From positions 2,808,046-2,872,045 of the forward strand of contig OZ253499.1 in assembly GCA_965262165.1 (NCBI GenBank): DNA of 64,000 nucleotides, read 5' to 3'. The position numbers were made by a program, and so were the translations under genes. Source of the stretch: Phototrophicaceae bacterium. GTDB taxonomy: Bacteria; Chloroflexota; Anaerolineae; Aggregatilineales; Phototrophicaceae. Numbering within the stretch: position 1 is the stretch's first letter; the number at the start of each line of letters is the position of its first letter. Below, in pieces: positions 1-10,391 of the stretch. The notes under the pieces were generated by a model. It was given only the letters and a program-made list of their open reading frames with translations, made no database searches and was not told the DNA's origin.

Positions 1-893
1 AAGGCGGCGGCGAGCCCTGTCGTTAAGCGTTTCGGTAGGGCGAAGAGCATAACTGCTACCGCCACAGCTGTGCCCAGCCAGGCGCCGCGACTCCAGGATG
101 CAAGTAGCGCGGCCGAGAGCAACGCCGCCGCTATGCTGAAGCCGAACAAGAGCCAAAAGGACTTCGATTGAATCTTGCGCTTGGCGCGGTATGAATTCAA
201 AAGCGTTGAAAGCTGAGCATAGGCTCCCATGATGGCTAGCGGCAGCGTAATCCCCATGAAACCTGCAAAAGGATTCGGCTGTCCGAATGTGCCAAAAGCG
301 CGGAAAAATCGACCCAATATGGCAAGGTGGAGCGCGCCGCTTCCGCCAAAGAAAATATACAGCCCAACAAGCGCATTTGCTGAAGCGGCGACAAGCAGCG
401 CGTACACCAGCCAGCGCCAGTAACTGTGTCCCGAGAGGGTGAGGTGCCAGACAAATACGGCCATCAGAATCCATTTGAGCCACTCGCGCAGCCAGGCAGA
501 CAGCGACGCGCTTGTCCAAGCGCCGAGCGCGAAGACAACGCAGACAGACAAGACTGAAGACAATACGATGTCGCGTTGTAAGGTAACAACGGGTTTGCGT
601 TGAGCTATTCGATGGGCCACCCAGATCCCACCATATAGAACGAAGAGGATTTGGCCGATGTCCAGAGGAAGGTCGATACCGGATTCTGTCGCTATCAACG
701 TTCGCAGCGGCGCAAGAACCAACAACACGACGAGCATGGCAACTGGCGAGGTGAGTGCCGCCATCAAACACAGGCCAGCCAGGGTCAGGCCGAAGACTTC
801 GCTCGTGGGAAACAAGAGATTCGCAGTCGCGGTGATAAACGAAATGACAAGCCAGAAGATTCGACTTTGCAAAAGCTCCTGGAGCGTATGCAT
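1..893 (-). CDS. O-antigen ligase / Wzy_C-family polytopic membrane protein, N-terminal ~297 codons only (gene runs off the left window edge)
   Basis: Absent from the ORF track because no stop lies in the window. Manual minus-strand translation from ATG 893..891 gives MHTLQELLQSRIFWLVISFITATANLLFP...GRFFRAFGTFGQPNPFAGFMGITLPLAIMG...LLASWSRGAWLGTAVAVAVML, open to position 1. It has many hydrophobic helices and the FGxPNxxA and SRGAWLG motifs typical of O-antigen ligase-like proteins. The ATG is 1 nt after the TGA of the upstream gene. Confidence 0.6.
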   Translation of the reverse strand, partial: MHTLQELLQSRIFWLVISFITATANLLFPTSEVFGLTLAGLCLMAALTSPVAMLVVLLVLAPLRTLIATESGIDLPLDIGQILFVLYGGIWVAHRIAQRKPVVTLQRDIVLSSVLSVCVVFALGAWTSASLSAWLREWLKWILMAVFVWHLTLSGHSYWRWLVYALLVAASANALVGLYIFFGGSGALHLAILGRFFRAFGTFGQPNPFAGFMGITLPLAIMGAYAQLSTLLNSYRAKRKIQSKSFWLLFGFSIAAALLSAALLASWSRGAWLGTAVAVAVMLFALPKRLTTGLAAA

Positions 894-894
894 A

Positions 895-1842
895 TCAAGG
901 CGCGGCGGCGATTACTTGACGAAAATAGGCGATCGTGCGCGCGAGCCCATCCTCAAGTTCCACTTGCGGCGTCCAATCAAGCAGATCATGCGCGCGACTG
1001 GCATCCGGTTTGCGCGTTTGCGGATCGCCATCAATGCGCAGGCCTTCGTCGAAAACGATGCCGGCAGGATTCTCCGACACTCTGTTTACCACATTTGCAA
1101 AGTCCAGAATGCTCACCTCGCGCGTCGTACCGATATTGACCGGATCAACGAAACCGCTGTCGAGCAGGCGCACCACACCTTCAACCAGATCGTCAATGTA
1201 TTGAAAGCAGCGGGTTTGGCTGCCGTCGCCATAGACGGTCAGCGCTTCTCCACGGATTGCCTGACCAACGAAGTTAGGCACGACACGACCGTCGTCAAGG
1301 CGCATCCGCGGTCCATAGGTGTTAAATATGCGTACAATACGAGTGTCCATATCGTGCTGGCGGTGGTAGGCCATCACCAGCGCTTCCGCAAAGCGTTTCG
1401 CCTCATCATAAACGCCTCTTGGTCCAACCGGATCAACATTGCCGGCATAGTCCTCGCTCTGCGGATGTACCAGCGGATCGCCGTAGACCTCGGATGTGGA
1501 CGCAAGCAGAAAACGAGAGCGCTTCGCTCGCGCCAAACCCAGCGCGTTGTGCGTGCCGAGCGCGCCGACTTTCAGCGTCTGTATCGGATACTTTAGATAA
1601 TCAATTGGGCTGGCAGGTGAGGCGAAATGCAAAACCGCGTCAATCTGACCGGGGAGATGTATGAAGTTGCTGACATCGTGATACACGAACTCGAAATCCT
1701 GATTGCCGGCCAGGTGCGAAATATTGTCCTGCGTGCCAGTTATCAAGTTGTCCACAGCCACGACGCGATGACCACCGCTCAAGAATCGATCACACAAATG
1801 TGACCCGATGAATCCCGCTCCGCCTGTGATCAGTATACGCAA
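895..1842 (-). CDS. UDP-glucuronate decarboxylase (UDP-xylose synthase), extended SDR family
   Basis: 315 aa. N-terminal Rossmann motif [16 protein letters not shown]; a YDEAKR catalytic motif (YxxxK); strong end-to-end resemblance to UXS/ArnA-decarboxylase-type NAD-dependent epimerase/dehydratases. Confidence 0.85.
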   Translation of the reverse strand: MRILITGGAGFIGSHLCDRFLSGGHRVVAVDNLITGTQDNISHLAGNQDFEFVYHDVSNFIHLPGQIDAVLHFASPASPIDYLKYPIQTLKVGALGTHNALGLARAKRSRFLLASTSEVYGDPLVHPQSEDYAGNVDPVGPRGVYDEAKRFAEALVMAYHRQHDMDTRIVRIFNTYGPRMRLDDGRVVPNFVGQAIRGEALTVYGDGSQTRCFQYIDDLVEGVVRLLDSGFVDPVNIGTTREVSILDFANVVNRVSENPAGIVFDEGLRIDGDPQTRKPDASRAHDLLDWTPQVELEDGLARTIAYFRQVIAAAP

Positions 1843-1908
1843 GTTTGACTATCTCCCCCTTGATTGGCTGGGCAAAGTTTACCACAAATGGAACGTCCAA
1901 AGCACGGC

Positions 1909-4900
1909 TTAGGTTTGCTCATTTTCAGGGTCGCTATTGGATGCCGCAGCAGGTGTAAGTCCACCTAGGCGCACGGTAGCCGCCAGAAGGAACATGAAAA
2001 TAAATGCCAGATCGATGACAAAAATACTGTTGTCGATCAATCCATGTGCCAGAAGAGCGGTCATACTTCCCATCAGTCCCAAAACAATCGCGAAACCGAT
2101 ACTGTCACTGTTGCGCGTTCTGCTTAGTGTGAGCAGGGCGTATCGCCAGAATACGCCCTGGAGGATCAGAAAGAGGATCGGCCCGGCGATGCCCAGGCGG
2201 GTCCAAAGGTCCAAGACGAAGTTGTGCGGGTGCGAGAGATCCAAATCCCATATCGCATCCGGGCGCACGTATTCGCCGCTGTAAAAGTAGAGAAACTGGT
2301 CCAAGCCGATACCGGAAATCGGATGATTAAGTATGATTTCAATGGTGCTTTCCCAAAGGCGGAGACGAAGAAAACTGGTGCCACTGGTGAAGTCCAGTAT
2401 GTTGGCAAAACGCGCCGAAACCTGCGTCAACAAGGCTATTCCTGCCAGACCTGCAGCACCGATTCCAAGGATTGGGATGAAAGCCTTTCGTTGAGCGTAA
2501 CCTATCAGCACTACTGCGATTCCCAGCGGGATGCCGAGGAGAATCGCGCCGACACTTTGTGTCAATAGCGCGGTGATGCCCATGATGAGTAGCGCTGCTG
2601 CCCAGGTAAAGCGCAAGCGGAGACTTTGTCCGACCAGCAGAAGCGCCAGCGCGAAGGGTATTGCCCGGCCAAGCAATAAGCCAACATTATTGGGGGATCC
2701 ATAGACTGAAATCAGTCGACGTGCGCCCTCTTCGGCAACAATAACATCATTTCCCGCAAAGAATTTTAGTAAACCAATGACGCTGACGATCAGAGAAGCG
2801 GCAACTAGCCCATAGATGCAATGCAAAATAGTACGCCTGGATGGACGCACGACTCGGAAGATAATATAGAAGAGCAATGGTTCAAAAATGAGTGTACGCA
2901 ATTCATTCGTCGCAACATCCAGGCGGTTGGACCAGGAAAGCGATAGTATTGCGACAACGGCCATCGCGGCCACCGTAATGTCAATTAAAGTGATCTGATC
3001 ACGCAACGCTTTGGCACGGAGAGGATAGTCACTGTTTGCCATTTGATACTGTTTACCCAGCCAAGCGAGGAGCCTAAAGAAAGCCGCGACTGACGTTATC
3101 AATATAAGGATTTCCACCATTGGAATGGCAAACTGGTACAACTCAACTGGTGAGAGAAAGAAGGGCGCCCAAAACAAAGTCAAAATCAAGCCTGTTTCCA
3201 AGCGATGAAAGCAAAGAACAAATAGAACCAGACCCGAAACAATTGTCAAGAGAAACGACGGTGTTAGGTACAAGATACCGCCCGTGGCCAAAGCGACCAG
3301 GATATTGATCTCGTCGCGTAGCAGCAGGCCAGGTCGGTGACTTGTCCATGTCCACAGCATAGCAAAGAGAAGCGCCAGCGATGCTACACTGCTTATCGCC
3401 AGATGCGCTGTTGCTGTCACACCGGCAAAAACCAGTCCGATCGGTGGAATCCAGCGGCGCCACGGTGCGGTCATGAAAGACAGTAACACGAGGGGAAGAG
3501 ACAAGAGGATTGCGACGATTCCGAGCGCAATCTGCCGATCGAAGTCTGCCGCCAAATTGCCTGAACTCACGGCATAGCCGGCAATCGCCCAGCGGTCCCA
3601 GCCGCGGTCCGCCACTGCGCTCAAGGTGTGTGGACCCAGTGACAGGTCGCGCGCGATGCTTATCAGATTCTTCTCCGGACTGCGCGAATAGCTCCTGAGA
3701 AAGATATAGCTATTCCCATCCGAATCACGGGCTGTGGCGTTTGCCGGAACGCCGTCGACAGCGGGATAAAGGAAGGCAACATAGTCATCCTCTCGCAGAA
3801 GCATGGCGAGGTCTGTTCCGTAAAAGTTGAATTCGAACTGACTGTCGCTGGTCTCCAGCCAGCCGATATCCGCTCCCAACTCGCTGAATTGCCACACGCC
3901 ACTATAACGGGCGTGCTGTGTGCGCGCATGGTATAGCCCATTTTGCGCTTTTGCTGGAAACGGATAGCGCTGCACGGCCGCCAGCAATTCTGACGGCCCA
4001 TCGTCCTGGCGCGCCAGCGCGAATCCCCACTGTGCGCTTTCGGAGTCCACATTCGGCTGCCAATGGTGCAGGAACATGGCGCCGAGCCAGGGAAATTCGC
4101 GGTGGGCGCGATCGAAAGCTTGAAGCGTAAATGAGATCTGTTCGCCCGAGGTGACACTTCCCCAAATAGAAGCGTCGCCGGTCCATTCGCTGGGCAAGGC
4201 ATTCCAACCCCAATTGCTCGCCCAAAGCGGTGTTCGCCCATCGTCGTGCGCCAGCATGATCTCTCGCAAGGCAACAATCCGGGAAAAGTTAAGCAAGTTG
4301 TCGTCAACGCGTCTATCCAGGGGAGACGTAGAGAACCCATAGGGCTTTCCCGCCACGATGTCCATCAACTCTGCGGCGCCCAGTTGATACATCGCGTCAA
4401 GATAAAGCAAGTCGCTGATGTTTTGACCACTAGTCTCGGTGGTCGGGGCCAAGGCCGCTGCGATAATGTTTGCCGCAGGGTCCGCCCTGCGGATTGACTC
4501 TTCACCAGCGGCAAGGAGCGCCACGTATTCAGCTGGCCTGGGCTGAAGCGATCCCCAGGCATCATCGAGATTTGGCTCGTCCCAAATCTGATAGTAGTCC
4601 ACAAGGTCGCCATAGCGCCGCGCGAATGCTCCGGCAAAACGCGCGAAATCATCCAGGGATTGCGGCGGCGCAGTTTCCGTCACGTCTACTCCCGGCGGCT
4701 TGACACGTGCCCACACCGGGGTGTTCATAAGAACTATGACGGGTTCCAAGTGCGTGTATTCGCGCAATACATCAAAGATATCGTCCCATCGCGTCCAATC
4801 GTACTGGCCCCTGCGGGTTTCGATTTCATCCCAATAGACGAATTGCCGCAGCCACACGAATCCCGACTCGCTGATAAGGGAAAGATTCGCCGACAGGCTG

Positions 4901-5088
4901 TCAGGCTCATATTGGCGCAAATCAACGTTAACGCCTGGACGTGGCAACAAGAAAGGGAGGTTCTGATCCACAGTTGGATCGACATAGCCGCGAAGTTCGT
5001 AATCGCGCAATTGAAGCGTGCCGACGGTCGCTATCAGACTGCCTGAAAGCAAGATCAAACTGATAAGGACCAAGATCAATTGTCGCAT
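1909..5088 (-). CDS. Fusion protein: N-terminal clan GH-A-like (TIM-barrel glycosidase-like) exodomain plus C-terminal multi-TM O-antigen ligase (Wzy_C-like) domain
   Basis: ORF 1909..5100 (1063 aa). The likely start is ATG 5088, which overlaps the upstream TAA as TAATG; TTG 5100 is the alternative. It has a signal/anchor helix. The exodomain carries YQIWDEPN, an NEP-type acid/base motif as in GH5/GH39/GH42-like enzymes. The second half is >10 hydrophobic helices resembling O-antigen ligase/polymerase proteins. Confidence 0.7.
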   Translation of the reverse strand: MRQLILVLISLILLSGSLIATVGTLQLRDYELRGYVDPTVDQNLPFLLPRPGVNVDLRQYEPDSLSANLSLISESGFVWLRQFVYWDEIETRRGQYDWTRWDDIFDVLREYTHLEPVIVLMNTPVWARVKPPGVDVTETAPPQSLDDFARFAGAFARRYGDLVDYYQIWDEPNLDDAWGSLQPRPAEYVALLAAGEESIRRADPAANIIAAALAPTTETSGQNISDLLYLDAMYQLGAAELMDIVAGKPYGFSTSPLDRRVDDNLLNFSRIVALREIMLAHDDGRTPLWASNWGWNALPSEWTGDASIWGSVTSGEQISFTLQAFDRAHREFPWLGAMFLHHWQPNVDSESAQWGFALARQDDGPSELLAAVQRYPFPAKAQNGLYHARTQHARYSGVWQFSELGADIGWLETSDSQFEFNFYGTDLAMLLREDDYVAFLYPAVDGVPANATARDSDGNSYIFLRSYSRSPEKNLISIARDLSLGPHTLSAVADRGWDRWAIAGYAVSSGNLAADFDRQIALGIVAILLSLPLVLLSFMTAPWRRWIPPIGLVFAGVTATAHLAISSVASLALLFAMLWTWTSHRPGLLLRDEINILVALATGGILYLTPSFLLTIVSGLVLFVLCFHRLETGLILTLFWAPFFLSPVELYQFAIPMVEILILITSVAAFFRLLAWLGKQYQMANSDYPLRAKALRDQITLIDITVAAMAVVAILSLSWSNRLDVATNELRTLIFEPLLFYIIFRVVRPSRRTILHCIYGLVAASLIVSVIGLLKFFAGNDVIVAEEGARRLISVYGSPNNVGLLLGRAIPFALALLLVGQSLRLRFTWAAALLIMGITALLTQSVGAILLGIPLGIAVVLIGYAQRKAFIPILGIGAAGLAGIALLTQVSARFANILDFTSGTSFLRLRLWESTIEIILNHPISGIGLDQFLYFYSGEYVRPDAIWDLDLSHPHNFVLDLWTRLGIAGPILFLILQGVFWRYALLTLSRTRNSDSIGFAIVLGLMGSMTALLAHGLIDNSIFVIDLAFIFMFLLAATVRLGGLTPAAASNSDPENEQT

Positions 5089-6680
5089 TATCGTGCCCAA
5101 ACCGGATTACTTGCGCCACCGTCAAAAGTTATCTGGTGGCCTTCGCCGGATTCAATCTCCACTAGCCAAATGTCACCCAAATATACGATAGCGATGTGCC
5201 TCGAATCCGGGCTCCAGCTCATGTCAGTTGCAGTCAAACCGAAATCGCTTCTGCGAATGCCCGGCTGATCGGCGCGTGGAAAGATGACACGTTGATTGCT
5301 ACCGTCACGGTCGGCGACAACCAAATCGTATTCGCCATAAATGCTGTTGTAAGGTTCTCGCGCCTTTAACCAGGCCAGATAACCCTCGCTGCGCTCCGCA
5401 TCCGGCACTGCTGGGTTCGGTGAAAAAGTTGGAGCGGCCCACATCCCAACCGCCTGAATCATCGTCGCTTTGAATTCGCCATTTGCGCCGAGCACTGCCA
5501 GGTCAAAAACAGGACTGGTTCCGGCAGGTTCGCTTGCCAGCGGGGCGCCATGCACAGTGGCGGAAATCAGATTACCGTCCTGGGACCACGACAACTGAGA
5601 AAGCCATACCCAGGAACCCGAAGTGTTAAAAGCTGAATACTCCAGCAATGTGACGCGTTGCCTGTCCTCGATCTCCACAACACCGACGGACTCAGCATTG
5701 ACCCACGCTAGTCTGTCACCCCGTGGTGACCAAGCAAAGTCAGTACCCCACCATCCAAATGGTCCTCCCTCATGTTCACCAATGATCTCTTGTATGGAAA
5801 GTGTCCACCCGGTTTGGCGGCTGATCCGCATTAGCCACAGATTGTTTAGGGACTTCCATGGAGCCTGTCCCTGACCACGTTCGCCCGTCGAATATGCAAT
5901 GGTATTGCTAGTTCGCGGACGCCATTCTGCATATAGGACATCGGTCGGCGCTAGCTTGATCGGAGCTTCGTCACCGTCAACGGATATCATCCAAAGCTCA
6001 TTGAAGAATTTTTCTGTTGGTTCGCTGCTGACGGTGTAAAGGAGGTGGGAACTGTCGGCGCTCGGAGCGAATACCAGTGAGTCCAACCGCTCGGTCCTTC
6101 GCAACGGGCGCTTGTTGACCGCATCGTCGCGTATGGTCCAGGCAATACCGTTGTTGATGTAGCTTAGCCTGCCTGAAAACTCATATGGTTCGACCGATTG
6201 GGCGGGACCGACAATCACGATTTCATCCCGCGGCTCGGTGAGAATTGTGGGCTGGCCAATCGGGATACGCTGCGATTCCACATCGTTCTCCAAAACTGTG
6301 CGGTAACAAGCTTCCTGCAAGCCAGACCTACCGGCCTGGCTCAATTTTTGTTCGCCAGCGGCGATTCCCTCGTACGGGATCAGCTGACGCTGGAAGGGCA
6401 GGCTTTCGCGCTGGCAGACTTGCTCTTCACGGACGCGGCGCACGGTGACTAGCATTCCGTCTGCGAGTTGCAGGCTTAAGGGATGACTGACTCGATCCAG
6501 TTCACCTAAGACGATTTTAGCGTTCGCCAGCAATTCTTCGACAGATACATTGGAAACGTATGTGAATGTCTGCGTTCTCCCATCGGCCAGCAAGGATACG
6601 CTCACGGTAACTTCATTTATTGGCGCCCGACATGCGACCAGGACAAGCAACAACAACGACAGCGAGCAATTTCGAATCAA
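5088..6680 (-). CDS. Secreted/anchored DUF348-G5 domain protein fused to a TolB-like (PD40/WD40-like) beta-propeller
   Basis: 530 aa. N-terminal hydrophobic signal (LSLLLLVLVAC). A DUF348/G5-like segment (VTVRRVREEQVCQRESLPF...IVIVGP). Repeated WSPDG/WSQDG-type propeller motifs (WSPRGDRLAWV, WSQDGNLISA, WSPDSRHIAIV). Confidence 0.6.
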   Translation of the reverse strand: MIRNCSLSLLLLVLVACRAPINEVTVSVSLLADGRTQTFTYVSNVSVEELLANAKIVLGELDRVSHPLSLQLADGMLVTVRRVREEQVCQRESLPFQRQLIPYEGIAAGEQKLSQAGRSGLQEACYRTVLENDVESQRIPIGQPTILTEPRDEIVIVGPAQSVEPYEFSGRLSYINNGIAWTIRDDAVNKRPLRRTERLDSLVFAPSADSSHLLYTVSSEPTEKFFNELWMISVDGDEAPIKLAPTDVLYAEWRPRTSNTIAYSTGERGQGQAPWKSLNNLWLMRISRQTGWTLSIQEIIGEHEGGPFGWWGTDFAWSPRGDRLAWVNAESVGVVEIEDRQRVTLLEYSAFNTSGSWVWLSQLSWSQDGNLISATVHGAPLASEPAGTSPVFDLAVLGANGEFKATMIQAVGMWAAPTFSPNPAVPDAERSEGYLAWLKAREPYNSIYGEYDLVVADRDGSNQRVIFPRADQPGIRRSDFGLTATDMSWSPDSRHIAIVYLGDIWLVEIESGEGHQITFDGGASNPVWAR

Positions 6681-6716
6681 GGTTTTGGTCTCCTAGGAGT
6701 CCCTGGATGTTTCCTT

Positions 6717-7871
6717 CTATATCCTAGTCGATTTTCGTTTGAGGACAAATAAACGCGGATGCAAGCCGCTAAGCGTTATCTTGCTTTCCGAAATCGCGCG
6801 CCAATTTGATTGAGCGATGCATTTTCGCAGCAGATGGACTTCATGTGTCAGCATGATACAGACTGCATCTGGCTTGGAAACACGATCCGCTTCTCTCAAG
6901 GCAGCAGGGTAAAGGCGGAGATTGTCGGCATGTGAACCAACATACCCGCCAAAAGGCAGATCAGCATAGATTCGGTCAATAGAGTTTGAACGGAGGGGTG
7001 TGTGACCCGCGTCAGCATTCATAAGCGTGACGAAATTGGATACGGCGCTTGCTCTTAGATTACGAGAGGCAGCGTCCAGCATCAGCGGGCTATTGTCGAT
7101 CGCGACCAGTAGGTCAGAATCCTTTATGAGGGCATGTTCAATGAGAATGGTTGCAGAACCGCAGCATAAGTTAAGGACTTTTTCCTGTCTTTCTTGCCGT
7201 TGGATCTGTGTCATTGCAGAGGCAACAGTTGCGTTCAGCGCGCCGGGCACGTTGACTTCGCGCCAATTTCGCTTTGAGAGTGGCCGCGGCGTTAGTCGGA
7301 CCAGCACCTCCCAGCCACGTCGATCCGCTGGCCTTGCCAGGCGTAGAAAAAGTTCACCTTTGTTGTCTGCGTCTATTGGAACATCAAGCAACCCGGCTAT
7401 TTCTTGCTTTAATCGAGCTAACACCGAAGAGTTGGCTCCCGCGGCGCCAATACCGAGGCTGGGTTGCTGCGAATCCCATTGGCCAATGGTGAACCGCAAA
7501 ATATTGATCAGCCGCGTGAGATGCTGATGACCCAATAGAGCCTTGGGCCGGGGGATCTCGAATCGATGCACGCCATACATTGCGACTGTTAAACGAAGCG
7601 CTGAAAAAACCTGGGGACTTCCAGCAAAGCGAAAGCGAACGAAACCTGGTCTGGAGGTGACTAGGTTATGCGGAAGCACACCGTCGAACGAACGGAGTTC
7701 GTCAATTGCAAACGCTTCCAAACCGGGAATGCACTCCGCTTCATATTCGTCGGGCAGACTTTTCATATTGCGCTCGCGAAGCAATTCTTTCTTGCCGGGA
7801 TCAATTATCTTTGAGATACACTCCGAAATAGCATGCGACGTACGCGACGTCGCAAAGGAGCCTTCGTACAT
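6717..7871 (-). CDS. THUMP-domain class I SAM-dependent (RNA) methyltransferase
   Basis: 384 aa. SAM-binding motif I-like LNLCCGSATILIE and a DLPFG catalytic motif (DPPY-type). The N-terminal half is THUMP-like. The start may instead be the internal MKSLPDEY (about 7766). Confidence 0.6.
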   Translation of the reverse strand: MYEGSFATSRTSHAISECISKIIDPGKKELLRERNMKSLPDEYEAECIPGLEAFAIDELRSFDGVLPHNLVTSRPGFVRFRFAGSPQVFSALRLTVAMYGVHRFEIPRPKALLGHQHLTRLINILRFTIGQWDSQQPSLGIGAAGANSSVLARLKQEIAGLLDVPIDADNKGELFLRLARPADRRGWEVLVRLTPRPLSKRNWREVNVPGALNATVASAMTQIQRQERQEKVLNLCCGSATILIEHALIKDSDLLVAIDNSPLMLDAASRNLRASAVSNFVTLMNADAGHTPLRSNSIDRIYADLPFGGYVGSHADNLRLYPAALREADRVSKPDAVCIMLTHEVHLLRKCIAQSNWRAISESKITLSGLHPRLFVLKRKSTRI

Positions 7872-8076
7872 ATGCCGAATTTATCAGCCACGATATCACT
7901 ATATCGCGGTGGTCTTCAGAGACAGGAACTATACACTACTTTTGTGTCCAGAATGCGGCTATGCGCTAGGTGACGGGAGTCAAGTGTTGTAAAATAGCGC
8001 GCAAGTCGTCCGAACAGCGCAAAGCGCGCTGTCAGTATGACGCTAGTTTTAAGGGAAGTCAGCAACCGGAGCCTCA

Positions 8077-9042
8077 ATGAAGATCGCCATCCTCTTGTGC
8101 CTCGTGTTTTTTGCCACAGTCGTGAACGGCCAGGGCACCTCGCCCGCGGATTCGAGCAATGACCAAGCCTTGACTACCGAAACAACTGTGCCAGGCAACG
8201 ACGATGTTGATGAAAGCACTGCTATAGCACCGACGCCCCCTTTCTTGCAAGATGATTTGCGACTGCTGGTTGGCAACGTGCAGCGACCCAATGGCATGAT
8301 CTGGTTTGAGGATTATCTGTATACCGTCTGTAACGGCGACTGGACGATATACCGGGTTGATGATGAGAGCGGTGAAACGATCACTTACGTATTTGGCGTC
8401 AAGAATGGCCACAGCTTGCTCATGGAGAGTACCGATAACGGATTCGACATTTGGATTCCGGATCCAGACAGCGAGACGTTGTGGAAGGTCAATCAGGATC
8501 GGCTTGCTCCAGAAAGTATGTTAAGTGGGCTTAAAGCGCCATGGGGTATCGCCCGTATCGAGGATGCCTCCCTGCTGGTATCCGACACCAGAGCAAACGC
8601 AATCATTCAAATATCAAAGTCGGGTGAGGCAATTGCGATCGCGACTGAGTTGCGTTCGCCCACCGGCATCGCGGTCGACGAAAACCGGATTTATTTCGCC
8701 AACGGCGGCAGCGCGCGTCGTGGGATTGAATGGATCTTGATAGCGGACGACGGTACTTTCTCCGTTCCGAAACAACTGGTGACCGGCTTGCAAAATACAA
8801 CCAATATCATGCTCGGAAGCGACGGGCTTCTTTACTTCGGTTACGCCTTGGGCACACGCGGCGTCATCGGACGTGTAGATCCTGAAATCTGTTTGGAGGA
8901 CGGGTGTCGCGGAGACGAGACAGAAATGGTTGTCTTCTCGGATTTACCGGCACCGGTTTCGCTGACACTCTCGTCTGACCTGCGTATCTTCCTGCATAGC
9001 CGCTTTCGACCGGAGATATACTGGGTGCAGCTACCCGCTTGA
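8077..9042 (+). CDS. Secreted beta-propeller protein (NHL/SMP-30-like repeats)
   Basis: 321 aa. Clear signal peptide MKIAILLCLVFFATVVNGQG. Repeated P.GIA.D....Y.A-type blades (APWGIARIEDASLLVSD, SPTGIAVDENRIYFAN). Confidence 0.5.
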   Translation: MKIAILLCLVFFATVVNGQGTSPADSSNDQALTTETTVPGNDDVDESTAIAPTPPFLQDDLRLLVGNVQRPNGMIWFEDYLYTVCNGDWTIYRVDDESGETITYVFGVKNGHSLLMESTDNGFDIWIPDPDSETLWKVNQDRLAPESMLSGLKAPWGIARIEDASLLVSDTRANAIIQISKSGEAIAIATELRSPTGIAVDENRIYFANGGSARRGIEWILIADDGTFSVPKQLVTGLQNTTNIMLGSDGLLYFGYALGTRGVIGRVDPEICLEDGCRGDETEMVVFSDLPAPVSLTLSSDLRIFLHSRFRPEIYWVQLPA

Positions 9043-9068
9043 CGTAAAGGCGTTTGGGATGGTTGTGG

Positions 9069-10391
9069 TTACTCTGTGCTGTCGACAGCAAAGCGAAGAT
9101 AATAATCGCTGACCTGGCTTGGCATTGACAAAGTCAGGAGCCAGCCGTTCTCGTCCGTAGACTGGTGGCGAATATACCCCCGCTCGTACAGCTTCGAATA
9201 CTCACTGCCAGCTTGATAGGGCAATAGAACTTCAAGCGTGGTTTCTCGTTCTGCCAAGACTTCTCGCATTGTCAACAGTAGTTCGTCCATACCGGTTCCG
9301 TCTTTCGCGGAAACCGCGACGACGCTTCGATAGTTGTCGACGAGCGGCAGCTTTGGAAGGGGGCCGTTGAGCAGATCAGTCTTGTTTAACACAAGAATAC
9401 GAGGCATACCGGCGGCATCGATTTCCGCCAAAGTATCTTCCACCGCATCAATATGCTGCAAGGCATTTGCATGGCTGATATCGACGACGTGCAATAGCAG
9501 ATTGGCTTCTACGACCTCTTCCAGAGTCGCGCGGAATGCAGCAATCAATGTGGTCGGCAGTTTCTGGATGAAGCCGACGGTATCCGTAAGCAGGATATCG
9601 GCGTGATCGGGCAATTGAATACGCCGCGTCGTGGGATCCAGCGTCGCAAACAGTTGGTCGGCGGCATAAACATCGGAGTCCGACAGCGCATTTAGCACGC
9701 TTGATTTACCGGCGTTGGTATATCCCACCAGCGCAGCCAAAGGCAATCCGGAACCTCGACGCCGCTCACGGTGGAGACTGCGGTGCGAGCGTACTTGTTC
9801 GAGGGCTGCTTTGAGCTTTGTGATCTTCCGCGTGATCTCGCGACGATCGACTTCGAGTTGAGTTTCGCCGGGTCCCCGCAATCCAACGCCGCCGGAACCG
9901 CCACGCGCGCCCCCGCCCCCGGCTTGTCGCGCAAGGTGGGTCCACTGCCTAGTCAAGCGCGGCAAACGATATTCGTATTGTGCCAGTTCGACTTGCAACG
10001 CGCCTTCGCTGGTCCGAGCATGCTGCGCAAATATGTCCAGGATTAATGCCGATCGATCCAGTAGCCGGATCGTCTCGCCAAACTGCTTTTCCAGTTCCCT
10101 CTGGTGACGCGGCGACAATTCTTCGTCGAAAACGATGACGTTAACCCCAATAAGAGATATCTCATCGACAATCTCATTGACCTTACCGGAGCCGATAAAG
10201 GTTTTGGTATTGATCGTCCGCAGACGCTGAAACGTTTTCCCGACAACCTCCAAGCCTGCTGTCTTGGCGAGAAGAGCCAGCTCACTCAAGGAATCATCAA
10301 CTGAAAACAGCGATGCCGCCTTGTGCACCTCGATTCCGACGAGATAGGCGCGTTCAGCCTGTTCATTGGTGATTAACTCAGGTTTCGACAT
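9069..10391 (-). CDS. hflX: GTPase HflX
   Basis: 440 aa. HflX N-terminal domain, Gly-rich linker, G1 motif GYTNAGKSS, DTVGF (G3) and NKTD (G4). Confidence 0.9.
   Translation of the reverse strand: MSKPELITNEQAERAYLVGIEVHKAASLFSVDDSLSELALLAKTAGLEVVGKTFQRLRTINTKTFIGSGKVNEIVDEISLIGVNVIVFDEELSPRHQRELEKQFGETIRLLDRSALILDIFAQHARTSEGALQVELAQYEYRLPRLTRQWTHLARQAGGGGARGGSGGVGLRGPGETQLEVDRREITRKITKLKAALEQVRSHRSLHRERRRGSGLPLAALVGYTNAGKSSVLNALSDSDVYAADQLFATLDPTTRRIQLPDHADILLTDTVGFIQKLPTTLIAAFRATLEEVVEANLLLHVVDISHANALQHIDAVEDTLAEIDAAGMPRILVLNKTDLLNGPLPKLPLVDNYRSVVAVSAKDGTGMDELLLTMREVLAERETTLEVLLPYQAGSEYSKLYERGYIRHQSTDENGWLLTLSMPSQVSDYYLRFAVDSTE

Noticed and set aside
658-1596. A 312-aa plus-strand ORF, together with 651..1139 and 935..1204.
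   Set aside because: They are antisense to the strongly supported UDP-xylose synthase gene and to the O-antigen-ligase-like gene. They have Arg-rich, low-complexity composition typical of GC-rich antisense frames.
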